Below, in pieces: positions 42,806 to 55,626 of a stretch of DNA of 64,000 bases (position 1 is the first letter of the stretch; each line of letters begins with the position of its first letter). The notes under the pieces were generated by a model that did not search any database, was not told the origin of the DNA, and saw nothing but the letters and a program-made list of their open reading frames with translations. Source of the DNA: an uncultured Chloroflexia bacterium (GTDB lineage: Bacteria > Chloroflexota > Limnocylindria > Limnocylindrales > CSP1-4); the NCBI GenBank assembly GCA_963727005.1, contig CAVSEO010000005.1:412923-476922 (forward strand), written 5' to 3'. The position numbers were made by a program, and so were the translations under genes.

Positions 42806-44456
42806 ATGAAACGTCTGGCCTCGCTATTGGCCATCGCGGCGCTCGTGGCTACTGCATGCAGCAGCAGCAGTGGCACGCCGGCTCCGGCCGCGGGCGGCAC
42901 GCTCATCGTCGGGCTCAACGGCGACATGGTTTTCGCCGACCCGTCACTCGTCAGCGACGGCAACTCGCTCTATGTCGGAGCCAACGTCGTCCAGGGCCTG
43001 GTCGGGCTGCAGCCCGGCACGATCAGCACGGTAGTCCCCGTCCTCGCCTCCGCTCTGCCGACGGTCAGCGCAGACGGCAAGACCTATACGTTCAAGCTCC
43101 GGACCGGCGTCAAGTTCCATGACGGCAGCGACTTCAACGCGGATGCGGTCAAGTTCAACTACGACCGCTGGAAGGCCTACACGAAGGGCGACCTCCAGGA
43201 CAACGCCTACTACTACGGCGCGGTCTTCGGTGGTTTCGGCGACGCCTCCAACATCTCATCCGTCGATGCCCCCGACGCCACGACGGTCGTCATCAACCTG
43301 AAGGCTCCGCAGTCGAACTTCCTGCTCGCCTCGACGCTCGCGGTCTTTGGGATCCAGAGCCCGACGGCGCTGCAAGAAGGACAACGCGGACACGACCCCG
43401 CTCAAGGACAACAAGTACGCCCAGGGTCAGGGCGAGAGCATGGTCGGCACCGGGCCGTTCATGTTCAAGTCGTGGACGCCGAACGACAGCATCGTGATCG
43501 TCAAGAACCCCAACTACTGGGACAGCGCCAATGCGGCCAAGCTGGACCAGGTCACGTTCAAGCCGTTCGGTGACTCGACGGCCACCCTGCAGGCACTGCA
43601 GTCGGGTGGCATCGACCTCGCCTTCTCGATCTCGCCGCTGGACGTCGCCACGGCAAAGGGCGCCGGGCTGACCATGATCGATCGCGGCGCGTCCTGCAAC
43701 CAGCTCAATCTCGACATGAACCAGAGCGTGGGCGGTACCCCGACCATCTACGCCAACAAGAGCGTCCGCATGGCCGTCGCCGAGGCCGTGAACAAGGACA
43801 GCTACGTCACCGCCTTCTACTCCGGCCTGGGCAAGGCGCCGACCGGCTTCATGCCTGAGGCCACGACCGGCTTCAAGGCCGAGACCCTGCCGGCATACGA
43901 TGCCACCAAGGCCACGGCCGACCTGAAGGCCGCCGGTCTGACCGCCGACCAGCTCAAGGTCGATCTCTACTACCCCTCCAACGTCGTCCGGCCGTACATG
44001 CCGGATCCCAAGGGCATCGCCACGGCGATCGCCAACGACCTCACCAAGGTCGGCTTTACCGTGAACCTCAAGACCGAGGACTGGAAGGGCGGCTACGTCA
44101 GTGACGCCACGGGCGGCAAGTTCCCGCTCTACCTCTTCGGCTGGACCTGCGACTGGGCCGGCGCGGACAACTTCCTCTACACCGCCTGGTTCGGCTATCA
44201 GGACAACAAGCCGAACGCGCAGTTCGGCTGGGCAAACGACCAGGCCAACACGCTGATGCTGAAGGCTCTCGGCGAGCCGACGGTGGACGCGGCCAACGCC
44301 GACTGGGGTCAGGTCCAGGATCTCCTGGCCCAGGACATGCCCATGGTCCCGATCGTCAACTCCCAGCCGCCTGGCGCGATGAGCTCCAAGGTGCACGGCT
44401 TTGTCGGTGCCAGCAACGGAATCGAGTACTTCAACACCGTTACTGTCACCAAGTAG
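42806..44456 (+). CDS. dppA: Dipeptide-type ABC substrate-binding lipoprotein 4, frameshift near 43375
   Basis: Lipobox VATAC; close paralog of SBP3 (shared TYTFKLRTG.KFHDG, KGDLQD and VGTGPFMF). Confidence 0.9.
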
Positions 44457-44552
44457 TCTCGGAGCGGGACGAGCTTCCGGGCGAGTCCCGCTTCGCCAGG
44501 TCTGACGGTCCCACTCGGCCCCCAACGGGGCTGTAAGATCGAGGCAACCAAC

Positions 44553-44580
44553 CCCCCGGGGTCGCAAGGCCCCGGGGGGC
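44553..44580 (+). other. 12-bp GC hairpin with GCAA tetraloop in the dppB leader
   Basis: CCCCCCGGGGTC-GCAA-GGCCCCGGGGGG. Confidence 0.6.
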
Positions 44581-44607
44581 CTGTACCCGCGGAGGAACCC
44601 GTCCCTC

Positions 44608-45612
44608 GTGCTCAGGTTCATCGTCCGGCGAGTGCTCGGGGCCATCCCGGTTCTCTTCGGCCTGTCGGTAATCCTGTTCCTGTTCCTGCGGCTCCTCCCG
44701 GGTGGCGGACCTGCCGTGGCGATCCTCGGGCAGCACGCGACGCCGCAGCTGATCGCCCAGATCAACGAGACACAGGGTTTCGACCACCCCCTGTATGTCC
44801 AGTACCTGGACTACCTCGGCCGGCTCTTCCACGGCGACTTCGGCGCGAGCGTCATCGACGGCCGCACGGTTGCCGAGAGCTTCTCGATCAGGTTTCCGGC
44901 CACGGTCGAACTCACGATCGGGGCCTTGATCTTCGCCGTCGGCCTGGGCATCCCGCTCGGCCGGCTGGCGGCCCGGCACCCCAACGGCTGGATCGATGGA
45001 GTGGTTACCGCGATCTCGCTATTCGGGATCTCGATCCCCGTGTTCGTGCTCGGGTACACCCTCACGTTCTTCTTTGCGGTGCAGCTCCACTGGCTGCCCG
45101 CGTTCGGCCAGATCGATCCCCGCTTGAACGTCCCACCGGTGACCCACTTCGCGATCATCGACGCGCTCCTGGCCGGCAACGGGTATGTCGTCGACGCCGT
45201 CGCCCATCTGATATTGCCTTCGATCGCGCTCGGCTCCATCCCGCTGGCCGTGATCACGAGGATCACCCGCGCCTCGGTCATCGACGTCAGCAACGAGGAC
45301 TACGTCCGAACGGCCAGAGCCAAGGGCCTCACCGATCGACGAGTCAACAGCCGCCACATCATGCGCAACGCCTGGTTGCCGGTCACCACGGTCATCGGGC
45401 TCCAGGTCGGGGCGCTCCTGGCGGGAGCCGTCCTGACCGAGACGGTCTTCACCTGGAACGGAGTCGGCTCCTGGGTCGTCACCTCCATCCAGAACCACGA
45501 CTACATCGTGGTCCAGTCGCTGATCCTGATCTTCGCCACGATCTTCCTGACGGTGAACCTGATCGTGGACGTCGGCTACGCATTCCTCAACCCGCGCATC
45601 AGGTACAGCTGA
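44608..45612 (+). CDS. dppB: Dipeptide ABC permease B
   Basis: FIVRRVLGAIP, RFPATVEL, EDYVRTARAKGL and ETVFTWNGVG motifs. Confidence 0.92.
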   Translation: MLRFIVRRVLGAIPVLFGLSVILFLFLRLLPGGGPAVAILGQHATPQLIAQINETQGFDHPLYVQYLDYLGRLFHGDFGASVIDGRTVAESFSIRFPATVELTIGALIFAVGLGIPLGRLAARHPNGWIDGVVTAISLFGISIPVFVLGYTLTFFFAVQLHWLPAFGQIDPRLNVPPVTHFAIIDALLAGNGYVVDAVAHLILPSIALGSIPLAVITRITRASVIDVSNEDYVRTARAKGLTDRRVNSRHIMRNAWLPVTTVIGLQVGALLAGAVLTETVFTWNGVGSWVVTSIQNHDYIVVQSLILIFATIFLTVNLIVDVGYAFLNPRIRYS

Positions 45613-45613
45613 G

Positions 45614-46508
45614 ATGGCGGCCCTGCCCGGTTCCGTAGCGGTCGTGCCTACGCGGCGGATCAGCCGCGGCCTCTGGCGCGACGCCGCGCGGCGGCTGCTG
45701 CGCAACGGCCCGGCGATCGTCGGCATCGTCTTCATCGCCTTCTTCGTGATCGCCGCCATCCTGGCCCCGATCATCGCGCCGTACAGCCCCACCGCGTGCA
45801 CGCTCTCGGACGGGATACACGGCCCGAGCCCGGCTCACATCATGGGCACGGATCTCCAGGGCTGCGATGAGTACAGCCGCGTCCTGTACGGAGCCCGGAT
45901 CAGCCTGACCGTGGGCATAACGGCCGTCTTCTTCGGCCTGGTCGGAGGGGTCCTGGTCGGCGCCATCGCGGGTGGTGCGGGCGGGATCGTCGACGGCGTC
46001 CTGATGCGCATCATCGACGTCCTTCTGGCCGTCCCCGGGATCTTGCTTGCGATCGGCATCGTGGCCTGGCTGGGGCACGGCGAGATCCAGATCGTGCTGG
46101 CGGTCGGCGTCTCCTACGCGCCGATCTTCGCCCGCCTGCTGCGAGGCAGCCTCCTGGCCCTCCGAGAGTCGGACTATGTCATCGCGGCCAGGTCGATGGG
46201 CGCATCGCCCGTGCGCATCCTGCTGCGACACATGCTCCCCAACGCGCTCACCCCTCTGATCGTCCAGGCCACTCTGGCCGCGGCGACGGCCATCATCGAC
46301 GTCGCCGGGCTTGGCTTCCTGGGCCTCGGCCCGGGCGACCCGCGAGTGGCGGAGTGGGGCGAGATGCTCACCGACTCGGCGCGCTTCCTTCAGAACGCGC
46401 CTTACCTGATCCTCTTCCCCGGGCGCCGCGATCGTGATCAGCGCCATCGGCTTCAACCTCCTGGGCGACGGCCTGCGCGAGGCCCTCGACCCGAGACTGA
46501 AGCGGTAG
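45614..46508 (+). CDS. dppC: Dipeptide ABC permease C, frameshift near 46420
   Basis: [24 protein letters not shown] and LGFLGLG motifs. Confidence 0.9.
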
Positions 46509-46514
46509 CCGGCG

Positions 46515-47593
<1,079 letters not shown>

Positions 47594-47597
<4 letters not shown>

Positions 47598-48814
47598 CCG
47601 GCCCGATGAGCCAGCCGTCTCCCGTGTCGGCGACGACGCGCGCGCCGCTGCTCGAGATCACGGACCTGCAGATGTTCTTCCCGATCACCAGGGGCGTCCT
47701 GATCAGCCGCCACGTCGGCGACGTCCGGGCGGTCGACGGCGTCTCTCTCGCCATCAAGAAGGGCGAAACCGTCGGCCTGGTGGGCGAGTCCGGTTGCGGC
47801 AAGAGCACCGTCGGCCGGACCATCCTGCGCCTGTACCGCCCGACCGGCGGCCGCATCGTCTTCGACGGCCAGGAGATCACCACCGCCGAGGGTTCGACCT
47901 TGCGAGGCGTGCGGCGGCGGATGCAGATGATCTTCCAGGACCCGTACGCCAGTCTGAACCCGCGCATGACGGCGGCCGGGATCGTCTCCGAGCCGCTCGA
48001 GATCCACGGTGTGGGAACCGGCCCGGAGCGCCGCGCAGCGGGTCCGCGAACTGCTGGCGACGGTCGGTCTCGATCCGGACTACGGCGATCGTTATCCCGC
48101 ACGAGTTCAGCGGCGGCCAGCGCCAGCGCATCGGCGTCGCCCGGGCTCTCGCCCTGCATCCGGACCTGATCGTCGCGGACGAGCCGATCAGCGCCCTCGA
48201 CGTCTCGATCCAGGCCCAGATCATCAACCTGCTCGAGCGGTTGCAGGGCGAGTTCGGGCTGACGTATCTGTTCATCGCCCACGACCTCTCCGTGGTCCGC
48301 CACATCAGCGACCGTATCGCGGTGATGTACCTGGGCCGTCTCGTCGAGACCGCGACCTCGCGCGAGCTGTACGAACGGCCGCTCCACCCGTACTCGGTGG
48401 CCCTGCTCTCGGCGGTACCGATCCCGGATCCCGTTATCGAGAGCCGGCGCAGGCGGATCATCCTGACGGGCGACGTCCCCAGCCCTTCGAACCCGCCGGC
48501 CGGGTGCCACTTCCATACGCGCTGCTGGCTTCGGACCCGGCTCGGCAACCCCGAGAGGTGCGTGGCCGAGCAGCCCGTCCTTCGCGAGATGTCGCAGCGG
48601 CCACGCGGTCTCATGCCACTTCGCCGAGGAAGTGGACGGATCGCCGGAGCAGGTCCTCCAGATCACGGGCGACAGCGCGGCCGGGTCCGTGACGACCAGG
48701 ACGGTGACCTCGCCCGCTCCGGCGCCGGGCTCCGTACCGCCGGGCCAGAGCGCGCCGCCGCCCAGCCCAAGCGCGCCCCAGGGGCCGGCTCCGCGACGGC
48801 GGGACCGAAGCTAG
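47594..48814 (+). CDS. dppF: Dipeptide ABC ATPase F, frameshifted, with Pro-rich tail
   Basis: [34 protein letters not shown] and [11 protein letters not shown] motifs. Confidence 0.88.
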
Positions 48815-48823
48815 ACTCAACCC

Positions 48824-49789
48824 GTGCAGCCCCTTCGCATTGCCCTGGCTCAGCTGGCGCCGCGACTCGGCGTCCTCGAGGAGAACCTCGACCGCCACCT
48901 GGCGCTGCTCGCCGAAGCGCGTGAAGCCGGCGCCGGTCTGGTCATCTTCCCCGAGCTGGGCCTTACCGGCTACCAGCTGCAGGACCTGGCGGCCGAAGTG
49001 GCGATCCGCCGGGACGATCCGCGCCTTCTCGGCCTGGCCGCGGAGACGAGGGACTTGTCCGCGGTGGTTTCTTTCGTGGAGGAGGCGGACGACCATCGTC
49101 TCTTCATCGCCGCGGCCCTCCTGGAGGACGGAGAGGTCCGTTTCGTCCACCGCAAGCTCTTCCTGCCCACCTACGGCCTCTTCGACGAGCGCCGGTTCTT
49201 CGCGGCCGGGGATCGTTTGCGGGCGGTGGATTCTCGCCTCGGATTCCGACTCGGAATCGCCATCTGCGAGGACTTCTGGCACATGGCCGTCCCGGAGACG
49301 CTGGCTCTCGACGGCGCCGAGATGCTGATCAACGTTTCGTCGTCGCCGGGCCGCGACCTGGCCGCGATCAATGAGGTCGGGCTGGGCACGGCGGTGTCGT
49401 GGCGGACGCTCATGCGGACCTATGCCCAGCTCACCACGAGCTTCACCGTCTTCTGCAACCGCGTCGGCCTGGACGAGACGATCAGCTTCTGGGGCGGATC
49501 CGAGGTCGTCGCCCCGAGCGGCGAAACGCTCTTCAGCGCGCCTCTCTTCGACGAGGGTCTGTACCTGGTCGACGTCGAGCTGGGGGACGTCCGCCGCGAA
49601 CGGATCGGGCTGCCTCTGCTGCGCGACGAACGCCCCGAACTCCATCTGCGGGAGCTTCGCCGCATCCTGGCCGAACGTACGGAGATGGCGCTCGACCAGG
49701 CCAGCGAGCCGCCGACAGGGAAGCCGCCGAAGACCAAGCCTGGGGGCGCGAAGTCGAAGGCGCAAGGGCGAAAGCCCAGGGCCCGATGA
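48824..49789 (+). CDS. Nitrilase-fold glutaminase subunit of NAD synthetase
   Basis: Catalytic triad motifs [23 protein letters not shown] and ICEDFWH; coupled to nadE. Confidence 0.85.
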   Translation: MQPLRIALAQLAPRLGVLEENLDRHLALLAEAREAGAGLVIFPELGLTGYQLQDLAAEVAIRRDDPRLLGLAAETRDLSAVVSFVEEADDHRLFIAAALLEDGEVRFVHRKLFLPTYGLFDERRFFAAGDRLRAVDSRLGFRLGIAICEDFWHMAVPETLALDGAEMLINVSSSPGRDLAAINEVGLGTAVSWRTLMRTYAQLTTSFTVFCNRVGLDETISFWGGSEVVAPSGETLFSAPLFDEGLYLVDVELGDVRRERIGLPLLRDERPELHLRELRRILAERTEMALDQASEPPTGKPPKTKPGGAKSKAQGRKPRAR

Positions 49790-50715
49790 CTCCCGACGCC
49801 GGCGCCGATCCTCGCCGGTCGGCGCCCATCTCGAAGCAGCTCTTCGAATTGCCGCCGGAGCTGGCCATCGACGCCGACGTCGCCCGCCGGGTCACCGTCG
49901 GCTTCATCCGAAACCAGCTGCGACAGGCCGGCTTCGACAAGGCCCTGCTGGGGCTTTCGGGCGGTATCGACTCGGCCCTGGTGGCCTTCCTCACGGCCGA
50001 GGCGATCGGGCCGGAGCGCCTGCTGTGCGTCCTGATGCCGTTTCGGACCTCCTCGGCGGAGTCCGTCGACGATGCCCGGACGGTCGTCGAGCGACTCGGG
50101 TGTGCCAGCGAGCTGGTCGACATCAGCCCGATGGTCGACGGCTACTTCGGCCGCGAGCCGGAGCCCGGGGCGAGTGGGATCGAAGGCCTTGAGGCCGGGC
50201 AGCTGCGCCGCGGCAACTTCATGGCCCGCCAGCGGATGTGCGTCCTGTACGACCGGTCGGTCACCTGGGGCGGGCTTGTCGTCGGCACCGGCAACAAGAC
50301 CGAAGCCCTGATCGGGTACACCACCCTGTTCGGCGATTCGGCTTGCGCCTTCAACCCGATAGGCGACCTGTACAAGAGCCAGGTCCGCCAGGTCGCGGCA
50401 GCCGTCGGAGTGCCCGAGCAGATCATCCGCAAGGCGCCGTCGGCGGACCTGTGGCCCGGCCAGACCGACGAGGCGGAGGCCGGCTTCACCTACCCGGAGC
50501 TGGACCGGCTGCTGTTCTGGATGATCGACAAGCGGCGCACGGACGAAGAGCTGGCGGCGATGGGCTTTCCGGAGGCCGCCGTGGAGCGGGTGAAGCGCCT
50601 CGTCGCGACTTCCGAATTCAAGCGCCAGGTGCCGCCGGTGGCCAAGCTCGGGCCGCGGACGACGGGCGTGGACTACTTGTACCCGCGGCGGCGGCCCGGC
50701 TCGGCCCGGCGATGA
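49786..50715 (+). CDS. nadE: NAD+ synthetase (synthetase subunit)
   Basis: LGLSGGIDSA, GTGNKTE, GDLYKSQV, KAPSADLWPGQTDE and SEFKR motifs. Confidence 0.95.
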   Translation: MTPDAGADPRRSAPISKQLFELPPELAIDADVARRVTVGFIRNQLRQAGFDKALLGLSGGIDSALVAFLTAEAIGPERLLCVLMPFRTSSAESVDDARTVVERLGCASELVDISPMVDGYFGREPEPGASGIEGLEAGQLRRGNFMARQRMCVLYDRSVTWGGLVVGTGNKTEALIGYTTLFGDSACAFNPIGDLYKSQVRQVAAAVGVPEQIIRKAPSADLWPGQTDEAEAGFTYPELDRLLFWMIDKRRTDEELAAMGFPEAAVERVKRLVATSEFKRQVPPVAKLGPRTTGVDYLYPRRRPGSARR

Positions 50716-51602
50716 GCCGCCCGGCCGCGGACAGGGGAGCGGCCGCGGGCGGGGCCGCGGGCGGACAGCTCTTCGTCGTCGCCACTCCGATCGGGAATCT
50801 GGGCGACGTCACCTACCGCGCCATCGAGGTGCTGCGGGCGGTGCCGCTCGTCGCGGCCGAGGACACGCGCCTGACGCGGCGGCTCTTCGCCCGCTACGAG
50901 ATCGCCACTCGCCTGGTCAGCTACCACGCCCGGAGCGGCCCGGGCCGGGAGGCTGAGCTGCTGGCCCACCTTCGCTCCGGGCTGGACCTGGCGCTCGTCA
51001 CGGACGCGGGCACGCCACTCGTCAGCGACCCCGGCGGCGAGCTGGCCTCGGCCTGGGCGGCGGAGGGCGGCCGGGTCACGCCGATCCCCGGCGCATCGGC
51101 CGTGCTGGCCGCGCTCGTGGCGAGCGGGCTGGCCGCGGCTCGCTGGACGTTCGAGGGGTTCCTGCCGCGGAGCGGCCGCGAGCGGCGGGAGCGGCTGGCC
51201 CGGATCGCCGCCGACGATCGGGCGTGCGTCATCTACGAGGCTCCGTCTCGGGTACCGGCCACTCTCGCGGACCTGGCCGTGGCGGCCGGATCCGAGCGCC
51301 GCGCGGCCGTTTGCCGCGAGCTGACCAAGATCCACGAAGAGATCGTCCGAGGGCCGTTGGGCGACCTGGCGGCGCGCGCCACAGCCGGCGAACTCACGTT
51401 GCGGGGCGAGTTCGCGATCGTCGTGGAGGCGGTCACGGCCGCCGAATCGGCCTCCCGCGCGGCCGCGGCCGCGCCGACCATGGAGGAGGGGGGGCCGCAG
51501 GTCGACCGTCTCGTGGCCTCCGGGACCAAGCGTTCCGAAGCCGTCCGTCGAGTAGCGACCGCCACCGGCCTGGATCGACGCGAGCTGTATCGGCCGGAAT
51601 AG
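50712..51602 (+). CDS. rsmI: 16S rRNA C1402 2'-O-methyltransferase
   Basis: VVATPIGNLGD, AEDTR, DAGTPLVSDPG, IPGASA, FEGFLP and CRELTKIHEE motifs. Confidence 0.95.
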   Translation: MSRPAADRGAAAGGAAGGQLFVVATPIGNLGDVTYRAIEVLRAVPLVAAEDTRLTRRLFARYEIATRLVSYHARSGPGREAELLAHLRSGLDLALVTDAGTPLVSDPGGELASAWAAEGGRVTPIPGASAVLAALVASGLAAARWTFEGFLPRSGRERRERLARIAADDRACVIYEAPSRVPATLADLAVAAGSERRAAVCRELTKIHEEIVRGPLGDLAARATAGELTLRGEFAIVVEAVTAAESASRAAAAAPTMEEGGPQVDRLVASGTKRSEAVRRVATATGLDRRELYRPE

Positions 51603-51692
51603 CGGACGGCCGTCGCAGCGCCGCATATACAATCTGCATAAGGAGGTTCGCTCCAGGAACCTCGGGAGTTGTCACGGCAGGGAGAAGTGTCA

Positions 51693-52803
51693 ATGACTGG
51701 TAGGCTCCGCCACGGGTTTGCGCTGCTGGCAGCGGCTGCTCTCGTAGTCTCCGCGTGCTCGAGCTCCGAGCAGCTCGCCCACCCCGGCACCATTGAAGAT
51801 CGGGGTCGTCACCGACGTCGGCACCATCACCGACAAGAACTTCAACCAGTACTCGTACGAAGGGGCCAAGAACGCCGCCACGACCCTCGGCACCACCGCC
51901 GAGTACGTCGTGCCGAAGGACGCCTCGGACTACACGGCCGACATCCAGGGCTTCGTCGACAAGAAGCTACAACGTCATCGTCACCGTCGGCTTCAACCTC
52001 GGCGACGCCACGATCAAGGCCGCCAAGGCAAATCCGAACATCTGGTTCATCGCGGTCGACGTGGCTCCTTGCGTCGACGCCACCGGCGCTCCCGACAGCA
52101 CCTTCAAGTGCGCAGGCGATGCGTCTACGCTGCTGCCCAAGCTGATCGGCGTCACAGTTCGAGGAAGACCAGGCCGGCTACCTCGCGGGCATCGTCGCCG
52201 CCTCCGTCAGCAAGACCGGCAAGATCGGCCAGCTCGGCGGCATCAACAACAACCCGGCGGTCGTCCGCTACCTGCAGGGCTTCCAGCTGGGCGCGCTGTC
52301 CTACAACCCGAAGCATCAACGTCCAGACCGCCTTCTTCTCCACCGGCGACCTGGGCAAGGCCTACGGCGACCCGGTCTACGGCAAGACCTTCAGCACCCA
52401 GTTCATCCAGCAGCAGGGCGTTGACGTGGTCTTCCAGGTGGCCGGCGGCACCGGCAACGGCGCCCTCGACGCGGCCTGCGCCGCCAACATCATCGGCATC
52501 GGCGTGGACGTGGACGAGTACCTGTCCTACCCGAGCGCCGACAAGTGCATCGTGACCTCGGCCGAGAAGCATCTTTCCAGCGCGGTCAACCAGACGATCA
52601 CCGCCATCTCCAAGGGCACCGCCAAGGGCGGCGTCTCCAAGTTCAACGCCGCGAACGACGGCATCGGCTACTCGCCGTTCCACAACACCTCCATCACCCT
52701 CCCGGCCGACGTCCAGGGCAAGCTGGACACGGCGCTCGCCGCGATGAAGGCAGGAACCCTCAAGACCTGCACGGACCAGTGCGGAACCTGGACGGGCCAG
52801 TAA
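51693..52803 (+). CDS. BMP family nucleoside-binding lipoprotein, frameshifted
   Basis: Lipobox VVSAC, DKNFNQYSY, AGYLAG, VVFQVAGGTG and IGVDVDE motifs. Confidence 0.88.
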
Positions 52804-52822
52804 CCGCCAGCTTGTAGTCTCT

Positions 52823-52855
52823 CGAGCGGGCCGTGCCTTCGGGCCGGCCCGCTCG
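52823..52855 (+). terminator. Strong hairpin with C(UUCG)G loop after the BMP gene
   Basis: CGAGCGGGCCG-T-GCC-TTCG-GGC-CGGCCCGCTCG. Confidence 0.65.
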
Positions 52856-52886
52856 TCGCATCGGTCACCGGGCCAGCGAGGCCGTC

Positions 52887-54451
52887 ATGACAGGAGAAGC
52901 GGCTGCAACGTCCGTCCCCGCGCTCGAGATGCGGGGCATCACCAAGCGCTATCCCGGGGTCGTCGCCAACGACCACATCGACCTGGACGTGCGCCGCGGC
53001 GAGATCCACGCCTTGCTGGGCGAGAACGGCGCCGGCAAGACGACCCTCATGAACGTCCTCTACGGTCTGGCGCGCCCGAACGAGGGGCAGATCCTGCTCG
53101 ACGGCAAGCCGGTCGACGATAGCCGGCCCGTCCGACGCGATCGACCGCGGGATCAGCATGGTCCACCAGCACTTCATGCTGGTGCCGGTCCTGTCCGTGG
53201 CCGAGAACGTGGTTCTGGGCGCCGAGACGATGGCGAACCGCCTCTTCCTGGACCGCGGAGAGGCGAACAAGCGCATCGCGGCACTGGCGAATCGCTTCGG
53301 GTTCGCCCTCGATCCGGAGGCGAAGGTCGGGTCGCTGTCGGTGGGACAGCAGCAGCGCGTGGAGATCCTGAAGGCGCTCTACCGCGACGCGCAGATACTC
53401 GTTCTGGACGAGCCGACGGCGGTGCTCACGCCCCAGGAAACCGATGAGATCTTCGCCCTGCTGCGCCAGCTGGCCGGCGGACGGGCGCTCGATCGTCTTC
53501 ATCAGCCACAAGCTCTACGAGGTTCTGGCCGTCGCCGACCGGATCACGGTCATCCGGCGCGGCCGCGTCATCGGCGAGCGAAAGCCGAGCGAGACGACCG
53601 AGGCCGAACTGGCCGAGCTCATGGTCGGGCGCGAGGTGGAGCTGACCGTCGATCGGGGCGTGTCGCATGCCGGCGCTCCCATGCTCCAGGTCGAGGGTCT
53701 GCGCGTTGCCGACGACCGGCGCCAGGAAGTCGTCCCCGAGGCGACGCTCCAGATCCGGGCCGGCGAGATCCTCGGCATCGCCGGAGTGGCCGGCAACGGC
53801 CAGGACGAGCTGGTCGAGGCTCTGATCGGGCTCCGCCGCCCCAGTGCCGGAAAAGTCACTCTCGACGGTCGCGACGTCACGGGATTCTCTCCGCGGGCCA
53901 TGAACGAGGCGGGAGTCGGCTACGTCCCGGGCGACCGGCAGCGGTTCGGATTGATCCTCGCCTTTCCGCTGTACGACAACCTGGTTCTGACGAGCTACTA
54001 CCGGCCGCCGTTCGCGCATGGTTTCCTCCGCGAGGACGCCGCCGTACTGGAGTCGGCCGACGAGCAGGTAGAGCGATTCGACATCCGCGTGCCGTCGTCC
54101 ACCGTGGCGACCGCCACGCTATCGGGCGGCAACCAGCAGAAGGTCGTAGTGGCTCGTGAGTTCGACCGGCCGCTGAAGCTGCTCGTCCTGGATCAGCCGA
54201 CGCGCGGCCTGGACGTGGGCAGCATCGAATTCATCCACCGCCAGATCATCGCCAAGCGTGACGCCGGCACGGCCGTCCTCCTCGTCTCCGCGGAGCTGGA
54301 CGAGGTCATGGAGATCTCCGACAGGATCGCGGTCATGTTTCGCGGCCGGATCGTGGCGGAGCTGGACGGGCGCACGGCCGACAAGAGCCAGGTGGGATTG
54401 CTGATGGCGACGGGCGGAGACAAGGCCACGGCGGAAGAGGCGACGGCATGA
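52887..54451 (+). CDS. nupA: Nucleoside/sugar ABC ATPase (two NBDs), frameshifted
   Basis: [41 protein letters not shown] and LSGGNQQK motifs. Confidence 0.9.
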
Positions 54452-55626
54452 GCGCGACCGCACCGACGGCCAGATCGCGGCGCTCGGCTCCGGCCTGGTT
54501 GAGAAGTCTGTGGTTGCTGCTTGCCGAGTCGGTGGTCGCGATTCTGCTGGCCCTCGTCGTCGGCGGCATCGGCATCGCGGCGTTCAGTGGGCTTCTCCCC
54601 AACCACAGCTCATTCGATCTGGGGCTGCCTATCGCCGCTTACGGAGCGCTCTGGTCCGGGGCCGTCGGGTCCACGAACGGCATCACGTCGACGCTCGTCT
54701 ACTCGACCCCTCTGATCCTGGCCGGGCTCGGCGTCGGCCTCGGATTCAAGGCCGGGCTCTTCAACATCGGCGGTCGGGGCCAGTTCCTCATGGGTACGGT
54801 CGGGGCCATGAGCGTGGTGACCCTCATCGGCTCCAGCACGCCCGGGTACATCACCATTCCTCTGGCCCTGATAGTCGGCGCCGCGCTCGGCGGGTTCGCG
54901 GGCTTCATCCCGGGAGCCCTCAAGGCGACCTCGGGAGCCCATGAAGTCGTGACCACGATCATGCTCAACTACATCCTGGTCTTCACGACCTACTGGGCGA
55001 TCAGCGGTCCGCTGCGTCTGCCCAACTCGCCTCAGCCGATCACGGTAGACGTGACCACGCGGAATGGCGCCCTGCCGATCGTCCTCGGACGCGACGGCCA
55101 TATCGGCATCCTCTTCGCGCTGCTGGCCGTTCCTCTGGTCTGGTTCCTCCTGTATCGAACCACCCTGGGCTTCGAGCTGAGGACCGCCGGTGCCAACTCC
55201 GACGCGGCTCGCTACGCCGGCATGAAGACGCGGCAGTTGATCGTCCTGGCGATGACCCTGAGCGGGGCGCTGTGCGGTCTCGCCGGCGCGACCACGCTTC
55301 TCGGCGTGGTTCACCAGATAGCCCCGGGCTATGACACCACCATCGGCTTCGATGCCATCACGGTGGCTCTGCTAGGTCGATCGAACCCCGTGGGCATCAT
55401 GCTGTCCGGGCTTCTCCTGGGCGGGATGCGGGCCGGGGCGCAGTCGATGCAGATATCGCCCGGCGTCCCGGCGGAGCTGGTCGACGCCCTGCAGGCGATC
55501 ATCCTGCTGTTCCTGCTCGTCAATGTTCTCCGCCGCTGGCGGGCGCGCCGGGCTCCGGGAGGATCGGCGTCGGCATCCGCCGGCTCGAGCGATATTGCCC
55601 CGGCATTTGGGATGGTGGCCAAATGA
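54448..55626 (+). CDS. nupB: Nucleoside ABC permease
   Basis: GLFNIGGRGQ, HEVVTTIMLNY, RTTLGFELR and GFDAITVALLG motifs. Confidence 0.9.
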   Translation: MSATAPTARSRRSAPAWLRSLWLLLAESVVAILLALVVGGIGIAAFSGLLPNHSSFDLGLPIAAYGALWSGAVGSTNGITSTLVYSTPLILAGLGVGLGFKAGLFNIGGRGQFLMGTVGAMSVVTLIGSSTPGYITIPLALIVGAALGGFAGFIPGALKATSGAHEVVTTIMLNYILVFTTYWAISGPLRLPNSPQPITVDVTTRNGALPIVLGRDGHIGILFALLAVPLVWFLLYRTTLGFELRTAGANSDAARYAGMKTRQLIVLAMTLSGALCGLAGATTLLGVVHQIAPGYDTTIGFDAITVALLGRSNPVGIMLSGLLLGGMRAGAQSMQISPGVPAELVDALQAIILLFLLVNVLRRWRARRAPGGSASASAGSSDIAPAFGMVAK

